A stretch of 64,000 nt of DNA, from positions 3,665,658-3,729,657 of the forward strand of contig JAUPSS010000004.1 of the NCBI GenBank assembly GCA_040285825.1. The letters are read 5' to 3'. The position numbers were made by a program, and so were the translations under genes. The stretch is from Eukaryota sp. TZLM1-RC (taxonomy: Eukaryota > Protista > Metamonada: BaSk clade). Position 1 is the first letter of the stretch. Each line of letters opens with the position of its first letter. This document shows positions 60,767 through 64,000 of this stretch, piece by piece. Under the pieces are notes generated by a model. That model did no database searches. It worked only from the letters and a program-made list of their open reading frames with translations, and was not told the origin of the DNA.

Positions 60767-61780
60767 TCAACTAATCTTTTCCACGACCTCTTGTGCACTT
60801 ACTGGTCTTTTTTCCGTCATATTCTCTAGCTCTGCCGACACAGACCTTCCTTGCAAAATGGACCTTGTCATATCAACAATCTTCAACAACCAAACACAAT
60901 GAAGGGCATACAAAAGCATCAGTGGAGACCCATAAAAATAGATTCCAAGTTGGGCTCTGTGTCTGCCAATAAATACATTAACCAATAAAAATCCAAACCA
61001 AAGTATTCTCGTGAAAAAGAATGTTACTGCGAATAGGACAAACACCACCTCTGCCAGGTTATGTTCAGCGGAAAAGTGGAGAGCCTTGGCCAAATGTAGA
61101 GAGATGTCAGCAATGTTGTGGCAAAATTGAATAAGCAACCCAATTTTAGGTTGATCAGCTAGCATAAGGGAAGTAGTGATTAGGAACAAAGTGACGATGT
61201 GGTGACAAAACATAGCCCAAAACCCTTCGAAATTAGGGTCTCTTGTTCTAGATGAGACTAGTAGAAACAAGCCAAAAGTGTAGAACCCTGCGTGTAAGGA
61301 GTAGCTAATCTTGATGAACTTGTCATCTGGTTCTGTCCACGGCATTCTAAGTGAGAGATGTGGTTTGTAGAACCATTCTTCATGATGTAAATGACAGAGT
61401 TGATAGGCAGTCATGAACAGGTAGAAAAGGGAGAAAAAGTAGTTGTGTAACACCTTCTTCTGTCTACTGACTGGTATTCTGAGAGACGAAACTGACAATG
61501 TGTTAACAAAAACATAGTAACAAAGGGCCACAAATACAGTACCTGTGATCATGGTGTAAATATCATTTGGACCAGCCATATATTTATCCCCTACTTTATA
61601 GTGAAGTTGAAGAAAGGTATCATGGAGAAAAGACAATATCATAAATAAAAGGGGAGGAATAACATGGCGATAGATAGTGGAGAATGAACAAGATGGTTTA
61701 GTAAGGTTAGCAGATTGAGAAATTACTTCAAATAAAAAGGAAAAAGTTGACTTGCTTATTTCTCCCAACATGTGAAACAC
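60767..61780 (-). CDS. Ceramide synthase (TLC/Lag1 domain); true start probably downstream of 61780
   Basis: Lag1 motif MFCHHIVTLFLI...HNIADI, FFFTRI. Confidence 0.85.
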   Translation of the reverse strand: MFHMLGEISKSTFSFLFEVISQSANLTKPSCSFSTIYRHVIPPLLFMILSFLHDTFLQLHYKVGDKYMAGPNDIYTMITGTVFVALCYYVFVNTLSVSSLRIPVSRQKKVLHNYFFSLFYLFMTAYQLCHLHHEEWFYKPHLSLRMPWTEPDDKFIKISYSLHAGFYTFGLFLLVSSRTRDPNFEGFWAMFCHHIVTLFLITTSLMLADQPKIGLLIQFCHNIADISLHLAKALHFSAEHNLAEVVFVLFAVTFFFTRILWFGFLLVNVFIGRHRAQLGIYFYGSPLMLLYALHCVWLLKIVDMTRSILQGRSVSAELENMTEKRPVSAQEVVEKIS

Positions 61781-61808
61781 AGTATGTCAATGTTTTGTTG
61801 TGACATCT

Positions 61809-61879
61809 ATGATGACTTATTCTTTCCCCGTCACATCGACTATGATGATTTTCGGACAAGCCATTTATTTGTTTACTGA
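61809..61879 (+). ncRNA. Box C/D snoRNA, SNORD12-like, copy 1 (intronic)
   Basis: C box ATGATGA, guide TTCTTTCCCCG antisense to LSU rRNA CGGGGAAAGAA, TCGACTATGATGA, AAGCCA, D box CTGA. Confidence 0.8.
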
Positions 61880-61958
61880 ATCCTCCTTTTTATTCTTCTA
61901 ACTATAGAGTTGTTGTTTTTTTCTCATGCAACTGTATGTGTTGTTCTAGTGTCCATCT

Positions 61959-62028
61959 GTGATGACAGATTCTTTCCCCGTCACATCGACTATGATGACT
62001 TTCGGACAAGCCATTTCAGTTTTACTGA
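61959..62028 (+). ncRNA. Box C/D snoRNA, SNORD12-like, copy 2 (intronic)
   Basis: Same elements as copy 1; C box GTGATGA. Confidence 0.8.
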
Positions 62029-62110
62029 ACCTTTTCATTCATACTTTCTTACCACAGTGATTGTTGTTTATTTCAACTCAGTTGTATGTAAGGTCCACTG
62101 TCTAGCATCT

Positions 62111-62179
62111 ATGATGACTTATTCTTTCCCCGTCAAATCGACTATGTTGACTTATCGGACAAGCCATATTTGCTACTGA
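62111..62179 (+). ncRNA. Box C/D snoRNA, SNORD12-like, copy 3 (intronic)
   Basis: Same elements as copy 1; C' box TGTTGA. Confidence 0.8.
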
Positions 62180-62810
62180 CTAATTCATTTATTTGGCCTA
62201 ATCTCAGTTATCTCAATGTAGATTGTGAAAATAAATTTGTATTTAAGTTCTTCATCAACCCATTCATCAAACACATATTGTACTAAAAAACAAAAGTAAA
62301 ACAATAGTTACTGTTCGATATGAAAATGACTATATGGATTAAGTAAACTTATTCTATGAAGACAATAATAAATTCTTGTCGAAACCAATGTAATTGTTTC
62401 AATTTTATCAAAAATAATTTGAAACAACTTTTTGTGTGATTCACATGCTTACTGGTCTTGTGTTTTCCATCCTGTTATGAATCGACAACAAATAATTTAA
62501 CTGTTTCGATTGTACTGTTGGAAGCTAGAAGCGGTTAAGAAATATATTTCAAATTAAGCAAAACAAAGGGGATGGTGAACTCTCCAAGATGGTGAACTAT
62601 GCATTTTGTCTATAAGATTGATATTGTGTGGATATCTGGGAAAACAATAATTCTCATCATTGAAATTTATTTCTTGAATTTTTGAGAAAAACTAAAATTG
62701 ATCTAATCAAAAGAAAAGTAACCAGGAGATGGTGAATCACTGAAAGACTCACAATGATAATTCAAATCACTAATAATACTGAAAAAAACAACCCATCTAT
62801 TAAATAACAA

Positions 62811-63146
62811 TTAATTATTGACTTTAAACGTGTATTCACACTTAAGACAGGTATAAAAGACTGTCGCACCTTCATCAACACCTCTCATTTGCAATGTACG
62901 GAAAGACATTCTATCATGACCACATTCAGGGCACTGTTCATCTATAACAGCATCCTGCCTTTGTGGTTCAGCATTTGCGTCTTCAAAACTGTAAGCAAAA
63001 GGTTTAAGATTAGAATGAATGACAGTTTTTTGAAGAACTCCATCAGTAGCTGGTGGCATACTCTTACAACAGGGACAATGTAGAACACCAGAAGAACCAA
63101 GTTGGAAAAGGGTACCACATGTTTCACAGAAGAGTGAAAGAGTCAT
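62811..63146 (-). CDS. RPA12: RNA polymerase I subunit RPA12 (TFIIS-like zinc ribbon)
   Basis: FCETCG...CPCC and CPECGH...QMRGVDEGATVFYTCLKC; likely start MTLSLF, with an in-frame upstream ATG at 63233 supplied by the Fanzor end. Confidence 0.85.
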   Translation of the reverse strand: MTLSLFCETCGTLFQLGSSGVLHCPCCKSMPPATDGVLQKTVIHSNLKPFAYSFEDANAEPQRQDAVIDEQCPECGHDRMSFRTLQMRGVDEGATVFYTCLKCEYTFKVNN

Positions 63147-63229
63147 TATAGGTATTTTGTTTAGTGGTGTTTGAGTGAATGGACTGTGAGTGCAAATCCT
63201 AATGCATTTACCAAACCCACATTGGAAAT

Positions 63230-64000
63230 CCATTCTTCATTTCAACTCCAGACACTATTGAGCTGCCACATCGTTTAAGATGGACTGATATTTTCTTCTA
63301 CAGAGATCTTCTTGACTACTCCCTTTTTAGTTCCTCCCTAGCTTCTTTTAGCATCCAATGAAAATGTGCTTGTTTAAGGAACTTGCGACCGACATTGATG
63401 GTTGACGTTTTCCCTTCCTTGTATCTCCTATCGAACTCCAGTCACCATAACTAATAACTACATCTTCTGGGGAGTCAAAGGTCAATTTGAGTCTTTCCAA
63501 CATGTTTTTTTTTCACTTCGAATATGTTTGAATTTTCCTTTTCTGAACCATACATTTGGGTAAAAATTATTCATATGAACATTGCTCAAATTCCTTGATG
63601 TAATGACCAAAATGTTGACTGAAACAAGATTTTTGTTGTCTGTTTGAGACAGATAAAGAAAATTGATTTGAATATCCTGACCTGAGTAATCACCATCAGG
63701 TAATTGTCCTTTCCAATTTTCTTTTTTTCGTTCAACGCTTTTTGGTACTTTTTCTGTCAAATTGGCGTTCACCAGCAGTTTTTTTGAACGTGTTCCACTA
63801 GTGTTTGGGTTTCAGCCGTGCATAATCAGAGTCAGGGTTAGAATAGATTGATAGATTTTGTTATTTTTTCTTTCTTTTTTTATACCTTTGCTTTTTTTGC
63901 TTCTGATTTCTGGAAGTTGTCTTTTTTTATAGAACTCATTTTGTGAAATTTGTTCTGGGGGTAATAGTTACAGTAGGATTTGGAGAAACACATTGCATTA
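63230..64000 (-). pseudogene. Internally deleted Fanzor relic carrying a family B-type 3' end
   Basis: FYPNVWFRKGKF and VVISYGDW (~63440-63465); 63230-63355 aligns by eye at roughly 70% with 32482-32611. Confidence 0.65.

Noticed and set aside
61782-62207. CRISPR-like or satellite array
   Set aside because: The units carry C/D boxes, rRNA antisense elements and splice sites; intronic snoRNAs explain them.
62567-62740. Three GATGGTGAA direct repeats
   Set aside because: Short, with no inverted partner or TSD; cannot be assigned.

Overview
AT-rich, gene-dense genomic DNA from a flagellated microbial eukaryote (PF20/SPAG16, cyclin, SUN, RPA12, ceramide synthase; short GTATGT...CTAAYNNYAG introns). 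About 20 host genes are interspersed with many mobile elements: at least five Fanzor (eukaryotic TnpB-like) copies or relics, two Ty3/Gypsy elements (one with near-identical LTRs), two MULE DNA transposons, two MITEs and a nest of CRE-like non-LTR retrotransposon debris. Main observation: the ~90-nt 3' end of one Fanzor family (the expected omegaRNA region) occurs five times, and each time it runs directly into the ATG of an unrelated host gene. Three of these copies have no matching Fanzor ORF attached. A second Fanzor 3'-end family also ends in an ATG just upstream of host genes in both of its copies. This points to Fanzor elements that target gene starts and whose ends are retained as leaders/promoters or as orphan guide-RNA cassettes. 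Second observation: a non-coding host gene with 26-nt exons carries three intronic SNORD12-like box C/D snoRNAs. All family assignments come from motifs recognised by eye; no database searches were run.
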